Shown here one piece after another: positions 29,289-38,889 of a stretch of DNA of 40,799 bases. The notes under the pieces were generated by a model. The model was not told the DNA's origin. It saw nothing but the letters and a program-made list of their open reading frames with translations, and did not search any database. The translations under genes were made by a program, and so were the position numbers. Each line of letters opens with the position of its first letter. Position 1 is the stretch's first letter. The stretch spans positions 1 through 40,799 of the forward strand of contig JBEKDJ010000022.1 of the NCBI GenBank assembly GCA_050014415.1, read 5' to 3'. This DNA is from Thermodesulfobacteriota bacterium. Lineage in GTDB: Bacteria; Desulfobacterota; BSN033; UBA1163.

Positions 29289-30466
29289 GAGCGGCATTGA
29301 AAATCCTCCATCTCTTCAGCGATTGGAAGTGGACCGGGCCAGCTGAGCCTGTGTTGAATCTGTGTCGGGAGTTGGAGAGGCGGGGTCACGATGTCACTTT
29401 AGCCTATCGTAAACCTCCTTTTCCGGTAGAGGATAGTCTGGAGAGGAGGGTGTTAGAAAAAGCGGTGAAGGCCACTGACCAATTCCATTTGAACCATGTC
29501 TTGAAGGTTTCTCATCCCCTTTCCATTCGAGATAGCCTCCGTGATCTTTCGAATCTCACTTGTTACCTCCGTCAAGAACAGTTCGATATTCTGAATGTCC
29601 ACCAATCCCACGATCATATCTTGGGGGGGATTGCAGCGAGGCGGTCGAACCATCCTCTCATCGTCATTCGTACAGACCACAAACGGGATCCCTTAAAACC
29701 CAGCCTCCGGAATCGCCTTCTTATCTCTCGATTGACCGATGGGATGATCACCTTCTCAGAGAGGGCGAGGAGGGAAGACGAAGCAAATTTCGGCCTCCCG
29801 GCAGAAAGGGTGGCCAGGATCGTGCCCGCATTGGATGTGGATCGATTCAATCCAAAGAGGCAGTTTAAAGGTATGAGAACTGTCTTCGGGATTGGACCGG
29901 ATGAGATTGTTGTCGGAATGGTTGCGCGATTTCAAAAATACCGAAAGACAGAGGTCTTCTTGGAAGCAGTGAGAATCATCGTGAAGGAATTCCCAAACAT
30001 CAAGGTTCTCTTGATCGGTCGGTCAAGTCAAATGGAAGACAGCGTGATCAAGCCGATGAAAAGGTTGGGAGTCGAAAAATGGGTGATCCTCGGAGGGTAT
30101 CGTACCGATGATTATGTTGATACCCTGGCTTGTATGAATATCTTTGTCTTTTTGATGGCCGGCTCTGATGGAACAGCCCGAGCTTTGAGGGAAGCAATGG
30201 CCATGGGGAAACCGGTCGTTGTCGCTGACCGAGGCATGTTGCCTGAATTGGTGGAGCACGGCATCTCGGGTTTGGTGGTCAAGGATACGCCTGAGGAGTT
30301 GGCCAAGGCAACACTTCAATTGCTTCACAATCGAACGTTGAGGGTAAAAATGGGATGGGCTGCCCGCCAGAAGGCCTATCAGGAGTTTCGGTTGGATCAT
30401 CAAGCGGAAGCGGTGGATAGCTTCTATCGAAAATTGGTTTCACTTGGTAAGTGGAGAAGAACATAA
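29285..30466 (+). CDS. Glycosyltransferase family 4
   Basis: ILHL..WTGP, RGHDV, EAMAMGKPVV; GTGA overlap with the upstream stop. Confidence 0.88.
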   Translation: MRAALKILHLFSDWKWTGPAEPVLNLCRELERRGHDVTLAYRKPPFPVEDSLERRVLEKAVKATDQFHLNHVLKVSHPLSIRDSLRDLSNLTCYLRQEQFDILNVHQSHDHILGGIAARRSNHPLIVIRTDHKRDPLKPSLRNRLLISRLTDGMITFSERARREDEANFGLPAERVARIVPALDVDRFNPKRQFKGMRTVFGIGPDEIVVGMVARFQKYRKTEVFLEAVRIIVKEFPNIKVLLIGRSSQMEDSVIKPMKRLGVEKWVILGGYRTDDYVDTLACMNIFVFLMAGSDGTARALREAMAMGKPVVVADRGMLPELVEHGISGLVVKDTPEELAKATLQLLHNRTLRVKMGWAARQKAYQEFRLDHQAEAVDSFYRKLVSLGKWRRT

Positions 30467-31629
30467 GATTTGCAACTGCCATCTTGGACTTTTCTAGGAA
30501 GAGAGGAGGAGCCGAGGCATATCTGGTAGACCTGTGCACGCGAATGGCCGGTGAAGAGAATGAAGTCCATGTCTACGCTGAGCATTGGGACGCAGAGGGC
30601 CAGCGAATTGATTTCCATCGGATCAGAACGATCCCTTTCCCCAGAAGCCTTCGCCTCCTTTCCTTTGCGATGATGGCGACCAAAGAGATCAAGAACGGAG
30701 ATTACGATATTTCTTTTGGCGTCGGGAATACTTTAAGAGCCGATGTTCTTCAACCCCATGGGGGTGTGCATTGGGCGTGGTTTTGGAGAAGCCTTCGGGC
30801 TTACGACCATGCCATTGTTTGGGCGATCAAGTTCTTGGCGAGGGTCATGAGCCCAAGACAGTGGGTGAGTGGATGGATTGAGGATGCCCCTTACAAAGGA
30901 AGAACCTTTTCCAAAATCGTTGCCATTTCTGATATGGTGAAGCGAGATATGATGGGGTGGTACAAGATTCCAGAGGATCGGATCGACGTTGTCTACAATG
31001 GGGTTGATATCGAACGGTTTCACCCTCGAAATCGTCAGTATCGGAATGAAGTCAGAAACCGGCACAACATTGGAGAGGAGTTTGTGATCCTCTTTGTCTC
31101 CAATAATTTTCGGATGAAGGGCCTAGGTCACCTGATGAAGGCACTGGCTCATCTCAAGACAGAAGACTGTCCTCCTTTCAAGCTCCTCGTTTTGGGAAGG
31201 GATCGAAAGGGTCCCTATCTCCATCTGGCGAGAAGAATCGGGATTTCTGAAGAGACGGTCTTTGCGGGATCAATCCACGACATAGAGAAATACTACGGAG
31301 CTGCGGATCTTCTGGTCCATCCCTCTTTCTACGATGCTTGTTCACTTACCGTGTTGGAAGCTCTAGCGACCGGGTTGCCAGTGGTCACTACTTCTTCTAA
31401 TGGAGCAAGCGGAATCCTTACCACAGGCCAGGAGGGTTTTGTGATTTCCGATCCCAAAGACAGACAAATGCTTAAGCAACAGATTTCATTCTTTTTTGGA
31501 AAGGAGTTGAGAGAGAAGGCCTCCACCGCTTCTCGGAAGTTAGCAGAGCACTACTCCCTTGAAAAAAACTGGGAGGCGATGAGACATATCTTAGAGGGCG
31601 TGTCTTGTCAGAAAAAAAGGAGAGAATAG
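30451..31629 (+). CDS. Glycosyltransferase family 4 (WaaG/RfaG-like)
   Basis: RGGAE, YNGVD, NFRMKG, PSFYD...LEALATGLPV. Confidence 0.88.
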   Translation: MEKNIRFATAILDFSRKRGGAEAYLVDLCTRMAGEENEVHVYAEHWDAEGQRIDFHRIRTIPFPRSLRLLSFAMMATKEIKNGDYDISFGVGNTLRADVLQPHGGVHWAWFWRSLRAYDHAIVWAIKFLARVMSPRQWVSGWIEDAPYKGRTFSKIVAISDMVKRDMMGWYKIPEDRIDVVYNGVDIERFHPRNRQYRNEVRNRHNIGEEFVILFVSNNFRMKGLGHLMKALAHLKTEDCPPFKLLVLGRDRKGPYLHLARRIGISEETVFAGSIHDIEKYYGAADLLVHPSFYDACSLTVLEALATGLPVVTTSSNGASGILTTGQEGFVISDPKDRQMLKQQISFFFGKELREKASTASRKLAEHYSLEKNWEAMRHILEGVSCQKKRRE

Positions 31630-31713
31630 ATGCTTCGTGAGGAAGCGTGTCTGGAGCACCAGCCAGGGTGATCCAACGATATGATTTCAGCGTGAAACAA
31701 TGGGTGAGAATGG

Positions 31714-32343
31714 ATGAACGAGGAAATCTCCTGGAGTAAGCTTTCTGAGTACCGGAGTAGAGTCCATCAACAGTATTCACGACTCTGGGACCTGAGAATC
31801 GTAAGAAAAAGACTCCCCTTCATCTTAAAATACTTGAGAGAGGGTGAATCGGTTCTGGAAATAGGAGCCTTCAATTGCAATCTGGCAAAACGGATTAAGA
31901 AATATTATCCCGATGTTCAGTACAAGAGCATGGATATTGATCCGACCTATCCCCACGATTACTCTTCTTTTGAGGAGATCAAGGAAAAGTTTGATTTGGT
32001 CCTCTTATTCGAGGTGATTGAACACTTAACACTGAAGGACGGAAGGGAGATCGTGGCCAAGATCTACCAAGTCTTGAAGGAAGAGGGAAGGGTAATTCTG
32101 ACGACTCCTAACATCTATACACCGGGTCAATACTGGAAGGATATCACACATCTCACCCCCTATCATTACGAAGAGCTGGGAGGAGCATTCCTTATTCAAG
32201 GCTTCGAACTTTTGGAAATCTGCAGGTTACATAACGAGCCATTTTTGAATTTCTTTTTAAAAGTCTACTTCTTTTCACCATTTTTCCGTTTTCTTGGGAT
32301 TGATTTTACAAAGTCCATTCTCTTGGTAGCTCAAAGAACGTAA
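31714..32343 (+). CDS. Class I SAM-dependent methyltransferase
   Basis: VLEIGA, FDLVLLFEVIEHL, LKEEGRVILTTPN. Confidence 0.85.
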   Translation: MNEEISWSKLSEYRSRVHQQYSRLWDLRIVRKRLPFILKYLREGESVLEIGAFNCNLAKRIKKYYPDVQYKSMDIDPTYPHDYSSFEEIKEKFDLVLLFEVIEHLTLKDGREIVAKIYQVLKEEGRVILTTPNIYTPGQYWKDITHLTPYHYEELGGAFLIQGFELLEICRLHNEPFLNFFLKVYFFSPFFRFLGIDFTKSILLVAQRT

Positions 32344-32346
32344 GGC

Positions 32347-33354
32347 ATGAAGGTTGCTTTTTTGATCCATAGCTTGGAAGTAAACAGTTGTCGTTATCGG
32401 GTGCTTCAGTACCTTCCCTATTTAAGAGATCACGGGGTTGATGCCTCCATCCATTTTTATAAATGGAGATGGCAGGAGAAACTGCAATTTTATAATAACT
32501 TGGGCCAATATGACATCCTCTATATTCACCGAAAACTTTTTTCGCCCTTTGAGTTCTGGTACATCCACAAGAAGGCCCCCAAAATCATCTATGATTTTGA
32601 TGATGCCTTGATGTATCGGAGTTCAGGTTCAAAAAATCCATACTCTTCTTCTCGGCGAATTAAATTCGACTACATGATGAAACGGGTCGATTTTGTCATT
32701 GCAGGGAATCAGTTCTTGAAATCAGAAGTCCTTCCTTATAACCACAACGTCGAAGTTATTCCTACCTCCATTGATCTCGCTCGATATCATTTGAAAGAGT
32801 ACGGCCGGAGAAAAGATCACTTTATCATCGGCTGGTTGGGAAGCCGTACTACCTTAAAATACCTACCTTCTCTCATCCCCGTACTTGAGAAAATCTTCCA
32901 AAAAGACCCTCGCGTCAAGTTGAAGATGGTCTGCGATCAGTTTTTGGACGATCTTCGTGTCCCTGTGATCAAGAAGAGGTGGTCCCTGGATGAAGAGGTG
33001 GAGGATCTGAGAAGCTTCGATATCGGCGTCATGCCTCTTTCCAACGACCTTTGGTCAAAGGGCAAATGTGGGTTGAAGATTCTCCAATATTTTGGCGTGG
33101 GGATCCCTGTGGTCTGCACTCCAATCGGTGTCAATAGGGATATTGTCGAGGATGGGGTGAGCGGCTTTTGGGCGGGCAATGAGGAAGAGTGGGAAAACTG
33201 CCTATCGAGATTGATTGAGGATGAAAGGTTACGAAGGGAGATGGGCCTCAGGGGGAGAAATAAGGTGGAGAAGGGTTATTCCCTGGAAGTCAACGCCCCC
33301 CAGGTCCTCGATGTCCTAGATCAGGTTGCATCGGAAAAGGATAAACGGAATTGA
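32347..33354 (+). CDS. Glycosyltransferase family 4
   Basis: S-RYR, YDFDDA, IGWLGS, DIGVMPL, GKCGLKILQY. Confidence 0.88.
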   Translation: MKVAFLIHSLEVNSCRYRVLQYLPYLRDHGVDASIHFYKWRWQEKLQFYNNLGQYDILYIHRKLFSPFEFWYIHKKAPKIIYDFDDALMYRSSGSKNPYSSSRRIKFDYMMKRVDFVIAGNQFLKSEVLPYNHNVEVIPTSIDLARYHLKEYGRRKDHFIIGWLGSRTTLKYLPSLIPVLEKIFQKDPRVKLKMVCDQFLDDLRVPVIKKRWSLDEEVEDLRSFDIGVMPLSNDLWSKGKCGLKILQYFGVGIPVVCTPIGVNRDIVEDGVSGFWAGNEEEWENCLSRLIEDERLRREMGLRGRNKVEKGYSLEVNAPQVLDVLDQVASEKDKRN

Positions 33355-34226
33355 AGTGGCTTTTCTTTAAAGTGGCTTTCCTTTACGCGAGGGTGTACGC
33401 CTTATTCTGCTATTACAGGAAGAAGGAGAGAAGAAAGGAAATTGAAGAGAAATTCGATTTCTTCCTCAAAAAAGGCTGGAGGCCAGCAGAAAAGAAGAAG
33501 ATCGTCAGACATATTTTTGAGCTGAGGGGGTCGAGGAAGGTGATGCATTATCTCATTCCCTTTTTGGATCGTCGATTGGTCAACAGGTTTTATGAGATTG
33601 AAGGCCTTCATCATTTAGATCAGATATTAAAGGAAGGCAGAGGAGTTGTCCTGATGGCAGGCCATTTTGGGAACCCCCACCTCGCATTTTGCGCCATCAG
33701 GCGGATGGGATACGATCTGACCCTTGTCAAGGGTGGGGCACCCAAGAAGGCCAAGTATGGGAAGTTAAGATACAGGGAGACCTCTGAGGACACGATCTTC
33801 ATTTGTGACTCCAATCACGGGGCGAGTTATAAGGGCAGGATACTGGAAATACTTCGGTCCGGTAAGATCATCCATTACTACGCAGATACAAGAGAGGGAA
33901 GGGTCAGAGAAAGGGTCTCTTTCCTCGGAAGAGAGATGGGGTTCCCGACCGGGATGATCCATCTTGCTAACCAAGCGGGAGCCGCTATCGTTCCTTGCAT
34001 CCACTTTTACCGGAAAGGGAAGATAACCTTAATATTCAAGGAACCCTTGGATCATCATTGGGTAAAGGGTGCAGATGACTATAGGAAGATCGTTTCAGAA
34101 TTTGCAAAATTATTGGAAACCACTATTCTCGCCAACCCGGAGCAATACATGGGAATCTATGGCCCAACCGTGTTGTCTGAGTATTACCGTTCTCACCGAA
34201 ACGAGAACGGCACTTTGCTTTCTTAG
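33351..34226 (+). CDS. Lipid A / lysophospholipid acyltransferase family (LpxL-like)
   Basis: IEGLHHL..GRGVVL..GHFGN, FLG, GA-IVP, PEQY. Confidence 0.75.
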   Translation: MKWLFFKVAFLYARVYALFCYYRKKERRKEIEEKFDFFLKKGWRPAEKKKIVRHIFELRGSRKVMHYLIPFLDRRLVNRFYEIEGLHHLDQILKEGRGVVLMAGHFGNPHLAFCAIRRMGYDLTLVKGGAPKKAKYGKLRYRETSEDTIFICDSNHGASYKGRILEILRSGKIIHYYADTREGRVRERVSFLGREMGFPTGMIHLANQAGAAIVPCIHFYRKGKITLIFKEPLDHHWVKGADDYRKIVSEFAKLLETTILANPEQYMGIYGPTVLSEYYRSHRNENGTLLS

Positions 34227-34235
34227 AGGAAGAAA

Positions 34236-34513
34236 ATGAGAGAGGCAGTCGTCAATTATGTGAAATGGGCCATTGAGCGTTTTCCTTTTGAGGAACCCAT
34301 CCTCGACACCTGCGCCGGATGGGAGCCCGATTACCATCAACCGCTCTTCCCTGGGAAAAGGTACATCAAGCAGGACATATTGGAATTCCCCATCTCGCCT
34401 TTAATGCCTTGAGAGTGATAGGTTATGATGTGGTTCTTCTTATCGGAGTCACGCCGAAAAATCCGAAGCATTGAAGGTTTCGATATTATCGTACCTCAGA
34501 AAATACGGCTTTT
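34236..34513 (+). pseudogene. Chimeric remnant: methyltransferase N-terminus joined to a fragment of a second acyltransferase
   Basis: 58-aa ORF 34236-34412 with ILDTCAG motif; another frame (34382-34513) aligns to the upstream acyltransferase and contains a TGA. Confidence 0.7.
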
Positions 34514-34650
34514 TCCCTGCCCCGTCTCTATTCCTATTGCAATGGCTGGATCTCCGTGGATGGAGAACAGGGGGTCCGGGATCAAAGAAGCGAAATACGA
34601 AAAAAGAAGTCCTGCTCGTTATAGGGATCTTGATCTCCGCCGGTGTTGTT

Positions 34651-36117
34651 ATGGTTTTTAATTCCCTGCCTTTCCTGATCTTCTTCCCTGCGGTTGTGAT
34701 TCTCTATTTCATATCTCCTCACCGATATCGCTGGGCTCTGCTACTGGGGGCAAGCTTTTTTTTCTACATGTACTGGAAACCCGACTATATTGTCCTCCTC
34801 ATCATACCTACACTGATCAGCTATCTGTCCGGGGTGGCTCTGGGAAGGACCGGAGACCCCTCCAGACGGAAAATGATTTTAATTCTGGGCCTGGGGGCAA
34901 GTTTGACCCCTCTCTTTATTTTTAAATATCTCAACTTTGTGAACGAGTTACTGAGAGGAATCATACAGTGGATTGGCCCCTCCTATCCGGTAACCCTGTT
35001 TCATTGGATTCTCCCTGTTGGAATCTCATTCTACACTTTCAAAGCCATGAGTTATACCATTGACGTCTATAGGAGGAAAATCGGGCCTGAGCCACATTTG
35101 GGTATTTTTGCTCTTTATGTCAGTTTTTTCCCCCAACTTCTGGCAGGACCGATTGAGCGGTCGGATCACCTGATCCCACAGTTTCATGAGAAATTTGATT
35201 TTGAGGGGCAGCGGGTATTCGATGGGCTAAAAATCATGATCTGGGGTCTCTTCAAGAAGGTGGTGATTGCGGACAGGGTTTCGATTCTCGTCAATCAGGT
35301 TTATAATCATCCAGAAAATTATTCGGGCCTTCCGCTCCTTGTGGCCACGGTCTTTTTTGCATTTCAAATCTATTGCGACTTTTCGGGTTATTCAGACATG
35401 GCCATCGGAGCAGCACAGGTGATGGGATTCAAGGTGATGGACAATTTCAACCGGCCCTATTTCGCCGTCTCGGTCTCAGACTTCTGGAGAAGGTGGCATA
35501 TCTCCCTGTCCACTTGGTTTCGAGATTACCTCTACATCTCATTGGGAGGCAACAGGGTTGTGAGATGGAGATGGTACTACAATTTATTTATCACTTTTCT
35601 GTTGAGCGGATTATGGCATGGTGCTGGTTGGACGTTTTTGATCTGGGGTGCCCTTCATGGTTTCTACTTCCTCTTTTCAATCTGGACGGGAGAGGTCAGA
35701 AAAAAAATAGTTCATTGGGTAGGTCTGGACCGTTTTCCGGCCTTCCATCAAACTTTGAAGGTGATCATCACCTTCGTTTGCGTCTGCTTTGCATGGATTT
35801 TTTTCAGGGCGAAGACCCTCTCCGATGCTTTTTATATTATGACTCACCTCTTTTCCGAAATGGGAAGTATCGGCCATCTGAAACTGGCCATGAGGGGTCT
35901 CTTTGACCTGGGACTGGAGAGATACGAGTTTTATATTGGCCTGGGTTCAATTGTCATGATGGAATGTGTTGAGGGAGTAAAGAGAAACGGGGATATCCGG
36001 GATCTGTTTATTGGAATGCCTCTCTTGTTGAGATGGATGTTTTACTACGTCCTGATTCTATCCATCATCTTGCTGGGAGAGTATCCTGAACAGGGTTTTA
36101 TCTATTTTCAATTCTGA
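34651..36117 (+). CDS. MBOAT O-acyltransferase (AlgI/PatA-like)
   Basis: MVFNS start, LPVGISFYTF, FFPQLLAGPIER, DFSGYSDMA, FWRRWHISLS, GLWHGA, FIYFQF. Confidence 0.92.
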   Translation: MVFNSLPFLIFFPAVVILYFISPHRYRWALLLGASFFFYMYWKPDYIVLLIIPTLISYLSGVALGRTGDPSRRKMILILGLGASLTPLFIFKYLNFVNELLRGIIQWIGPSYPVTLFHWILPVGISFYTFKAMSYTIDVYRRKIGPEPHLGIFALYVSFFPQLLAGPIERSDHLIPQFHEKFDFEGQRVFDGLKIMIWGLFKKVVIADRVSILVNQVYNHPENYSGLPLLVATVFFAFQIYCDFSGYSDMAIGAAQVMGFKVMDNFNRPYFAVSVSDFWRRWHISLSTWFRDYLYISLGGNRVVRWRWYYNLFITFLLSGLWHGAGWTFLIWGALHGFYFLFSIWTGEVRKKIVHWVGLDRFPAFHQTLKVIITFVCVCFAWIFFRAKTLSDAFYIMTHLFSEMGSIGHLKLAMRGLFDLGLERYEFYIGLGSIVMMECVEGVKRNGDIRDLFIGMPLLLRWMFYYVLILSIILLGEYPEQGFIYFQF

Positions 36118-36132
36118 AAGGGAGATGGGAAG

Positions 36133-37059
36133 GTGACCTTGAAGGCCTTTGGGAAAAAAATGGGAATATTCGCCTTTTTTCTCTCGGTGATCCTGATACT
36201 TCTGAATCGCTGGATGGGCCAGAGCCTAGCGATCCATTATGATATGCAATATGAAGAAGCCATCCACCCAAAAATAAACGCCCCCATCATCATCATCGGT
36301 TCTTCCCATGCCACCCATGGAATCAATCCAAAGTACCTTGAAGACAACCGGTTTAGTGTTTATAATTTTGCACTGAATGGAGGGAATCCCCTGTTTTATC
36401 TAAAGTGGTATCATCGAATACTTACCCGGTACTACAGAAGGCCTTCCCATGTGATCTATGCGGTGGACTGGTTCATGTTTGACGATCACCTGCTCCAGAG
36501 GCAATTCGAGCACGACAGCAAATATCTTCCACTCCCCTTGCTGATGGCAGAGTTGAAGGAATCGAGGGCGTTGAAGACGTTGATATTGAATCGGTTCAGC
36601 ATTATTCGGGAAAGGAAGAAATTGCCCGTGCTGTTATTCAAAAAGAGAAGGGAGCAGGACATCTATCCCATAAGAAAGTACTATAAGGGGTTTGTCCCCT
36701 ATGAATCGAAAGGGAACCTGTGGAAGACAAAAGAAGTGAAGGTTACCTATTCCAAAGAGCAATTCGGGGCTTTTGAAGAAATACTGGACCAATTTAGGAG
36801 AGATAATATAAAGGTTATCTTTGTTCAGATACCGGAATATATTTCGGGGCGTCATTCGGCTGGCTATTTGGAAAACATGGAAAAGCTGGATGAGGTAGCA
36901 CGGGATCGAAATATTCCTTTTCTGGACTATAACCGGGGGAAAATATCGGCGATCAATTATGAGGCCCGTTACTACTCCGATTGGGGACATCTGAACGAAA
37001 AGGGAAGTGAGATTTTTTCGAGGCTCCTGAAGGAAGATTTGGGGAAGATATTGAATTGA
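36133..37059 (+). CDS. SGNH-like periplasmic partner of the MBOAT
   Basis: N-terminal TM anchor, IGSSH, YNFA, DWGHLN (DxxH). Confidence 0.7.
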   Translation: MTLKAFGKKMGIFAFFLSVILILLNRWMGQSLAIHYDMQYEEAIHPKINAPIIIIGSSHATHGINPKYLEDNRFSVYNFALNGGNPLFYLKWYHRILTRYYRRPSHVIYAVDWFMFDDHLLQRQFEHDSKYLPLPLLMAELKESRALKTLILNRFSIIRERKKLPVLLFKKRREQDIYPIRKYYKGFVPYESKGNLWKTKEVKVTYSKEQFGAFEEILDQFRRDNIKVIFVQIPEYISGRHSAGYLENMEKLDEVARDRNIPFLDYNRGKISAINYEARYYSDWGHLNEKGSEIFSRLLKEDLGKILN

Positions 37060-37166
37060 CAGGAATTCCCGAAGGGTGAATCCAATTTCCCCAAAAGGCA
37101 TTCACCGATTCCGTCTTGAACAGCATAGGGCCCAGGATGGGTGGCAGCATTTTCGAGTTGGAAAGA

Positions 37167-38780
37167 GTGTTCGATATAAATATTACACAAGGTGAAATCA
37201 AGGGATGGATTGGGGAAGATATTCTTCATCTTCTTCCCCCGCGGTTCTTTGAAGATCCTGTCCGTTCCGCACAAGAGATGGGTGGATCTGTGATCAAGGA
37301 ATCCAGACTGAGATGGGCGGCTATGTTCACCCTGCCAAACGAACAAAGGATTTTTTTGAAAAGGGATCGGACAAAAGGATGGCTTGAATCGTTGAAATAC
37401 GTTTTTTCCCCTTCTAAGGGAAAGAAAGAATGGTTCATGGCCCATCAATTGAAAGAGAGAAACCTCTCCATCCCTGAACCCTTTGGCTGGATGGAGAAGA
37501 TCCGTTGGGGATTTGTGAAGGAGAGCTACTACCTTTCCGAGGCCATTGGATCAGGGACCTCTCTCATCGATGATCCGTTGAAGCTTGGGGAAAGTTCCTC
37601 CATTGATGAATTGGCGAAGATCGTGCGGAAGATTCACGACTCAGGACTCTTCCACGAAGATCTTCACGCAGGGAACTTCTTGTGGGACGGCCAAACCCTC
37701 TTTCTCACCGACCTCCATCGTGGGAAGATCATCCGGTCCCTCTCCTTGAATCAGAGACGGTGGAACCTATCGCAGCTCTTTCACTCTCTGAGATCTGTAT
37801 GGAGCGAAAGAGATCGACTGCGATTTCTTAAAACGTATTTTGAAGGGGATCCCATTTATTTTCAAAAAAGGGAAGATTGGGTCCAAAAAATCGATTCGTT
37901 GATGAAACGGCTCCAAAGAAGGCAATGGAAGAGCAGGGCCAAACGCTGCCTGAAAGAGAGCACAGAGTTTTCGATTGAAAAGGAAAAAGGGGTTCGGTAT
38001 TACCATCGAAGAGATTTCTCCCTGGTTCATTTGAAAAGGATGGTGGAAGAACATCTGCGGTGGATCGAAGAAAAACCGTCGTCGTTGGCGAAATATTCCT
38101 CGGAGGTGATGGTTTCTATATTGAAGGACGGGGAAAAGAGAATATCGGTGAAACAGTTCCGTTATCCCCACTGTTGGGACGTTTTCAAGGAGCATTTTCG
38201 TCGTTCAAAGGGGCTCAGGGCATGGCTGGCCGGGAATGGCTTGAGGGCAAGGGGAATTCCGTCTCTTTTACCTCTTGCCTTCGTGGAAAGGAAGAATTGG
38301 CTGGGATTGATTGAGACCTTCTTGGTGATGGAGGCCCATGAAATGAGCCGTGAGTTGGATCGATACATTTTAGAGGGATTCAGGGATGTGAGGGAAAAGA
38401 GACGCTTTATTAAGACTTTCGCCCGATGGCTTTCTCATTTTCATAGAATGAACCTTTATCATCGGGACATGAAGACCTGCAATATTCTCATTTCAGAAAA
38501 TGGAGAAACCTGGGATTTTCATCTCCTCGATCTGGAGGACGTCCGATTGGGCAAGAGGGTGGGAGAGAAGGATGTGTTTAGAAATCTCCTGCAACTCAAT
38601 ACCTCGATTCCCAATACGATCAGCCGCAGAGACCGCTTAAGGTTTTTTAGAGATTATACACGGTTCCATCCTGTCATCAAGAATCATCGGATGTTCCTCT
38701 TCCGATTGCTTCAGAGGAGTAGGGAAAGGGGAGTGGTATACGTTTCCTCCAAGGGAGTCATTAGTGAAAAGCCGTTTTGA
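37167..38780 (+). CDS. LPS kinase (Kdo/WaaP/InaA family) with two tandem kinase domains
   Basis: HEDLHAGN..LTDL and HRDMKTCN..LDLED; start uncertain (37116, 37137 or 37167). Confidence 0.8.
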   Translation: MFDINITQGEIKGWIGEDILHLLPPRFFEDPVRSAQEMGGSVIKESRLRWAAMFTLPNEQRIFLKRDRTKGWLESLKYVFSPSKGKKEWFMAHQLKERNLSIPEPFGWMEKIRWGFVKESYYLSEAIGSGTSLIDDPLKLGESSSIDELAKIVRKIHDSGLFHEDLHAGNFLWDGQTLFLTDLHRGKIIRSLSLNQRRWNLSQLFHSLRSVWSERDRLRFLKTYFEGDPIYFQKREDWVQKIDSLMKRLQRRQWKSRAKRCLKESTEFSIEKEKGVRYYHRRDFSLVHLKRMVEEHLRWIEEKPSSLAKYSSEVMVSILKDGEKRISVKQFRYPHCWDVFKEHFRRSKGLRAWLAGNGLRARGIPSLLPLAFVERKNWLGLIETFLVMEAHEMSRELDRYILEGFRDVREKRRFIKTFARWLSHFHRMNLYHRDMKTCNILISENGETWDFHLLDLEDVRLGKRVGEKDVFRNLLQLNTSIPNTISRRDRLRFFRDYTRFHPVIKNHRMFLFRLLQRSRERGVVYVSSKGVISEKPF

Positions 38781-38889
38781 AGAGATGGAATCCCCTTTTG
38801 GAGACTCTTACGAAGAGGTTTAAAGGATGGTGCTTGGGGATGAACCTTTTAGGACTGGGAGACCCAAGGCATCTGGAGATCCGTAGAAA

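Noticed and set aside
34472-34474. In-frame TGA as possible selenocysteine
   Set aside because: It aligns to Gly in the paralogue, within an otherwise fragmentary gene.
38786-38843. Short peptide RLLRRGLKDGAWG resembling a KdtX-type GT2 C-terminus
   Set aside because: Too short to distinguish from chance by eye.
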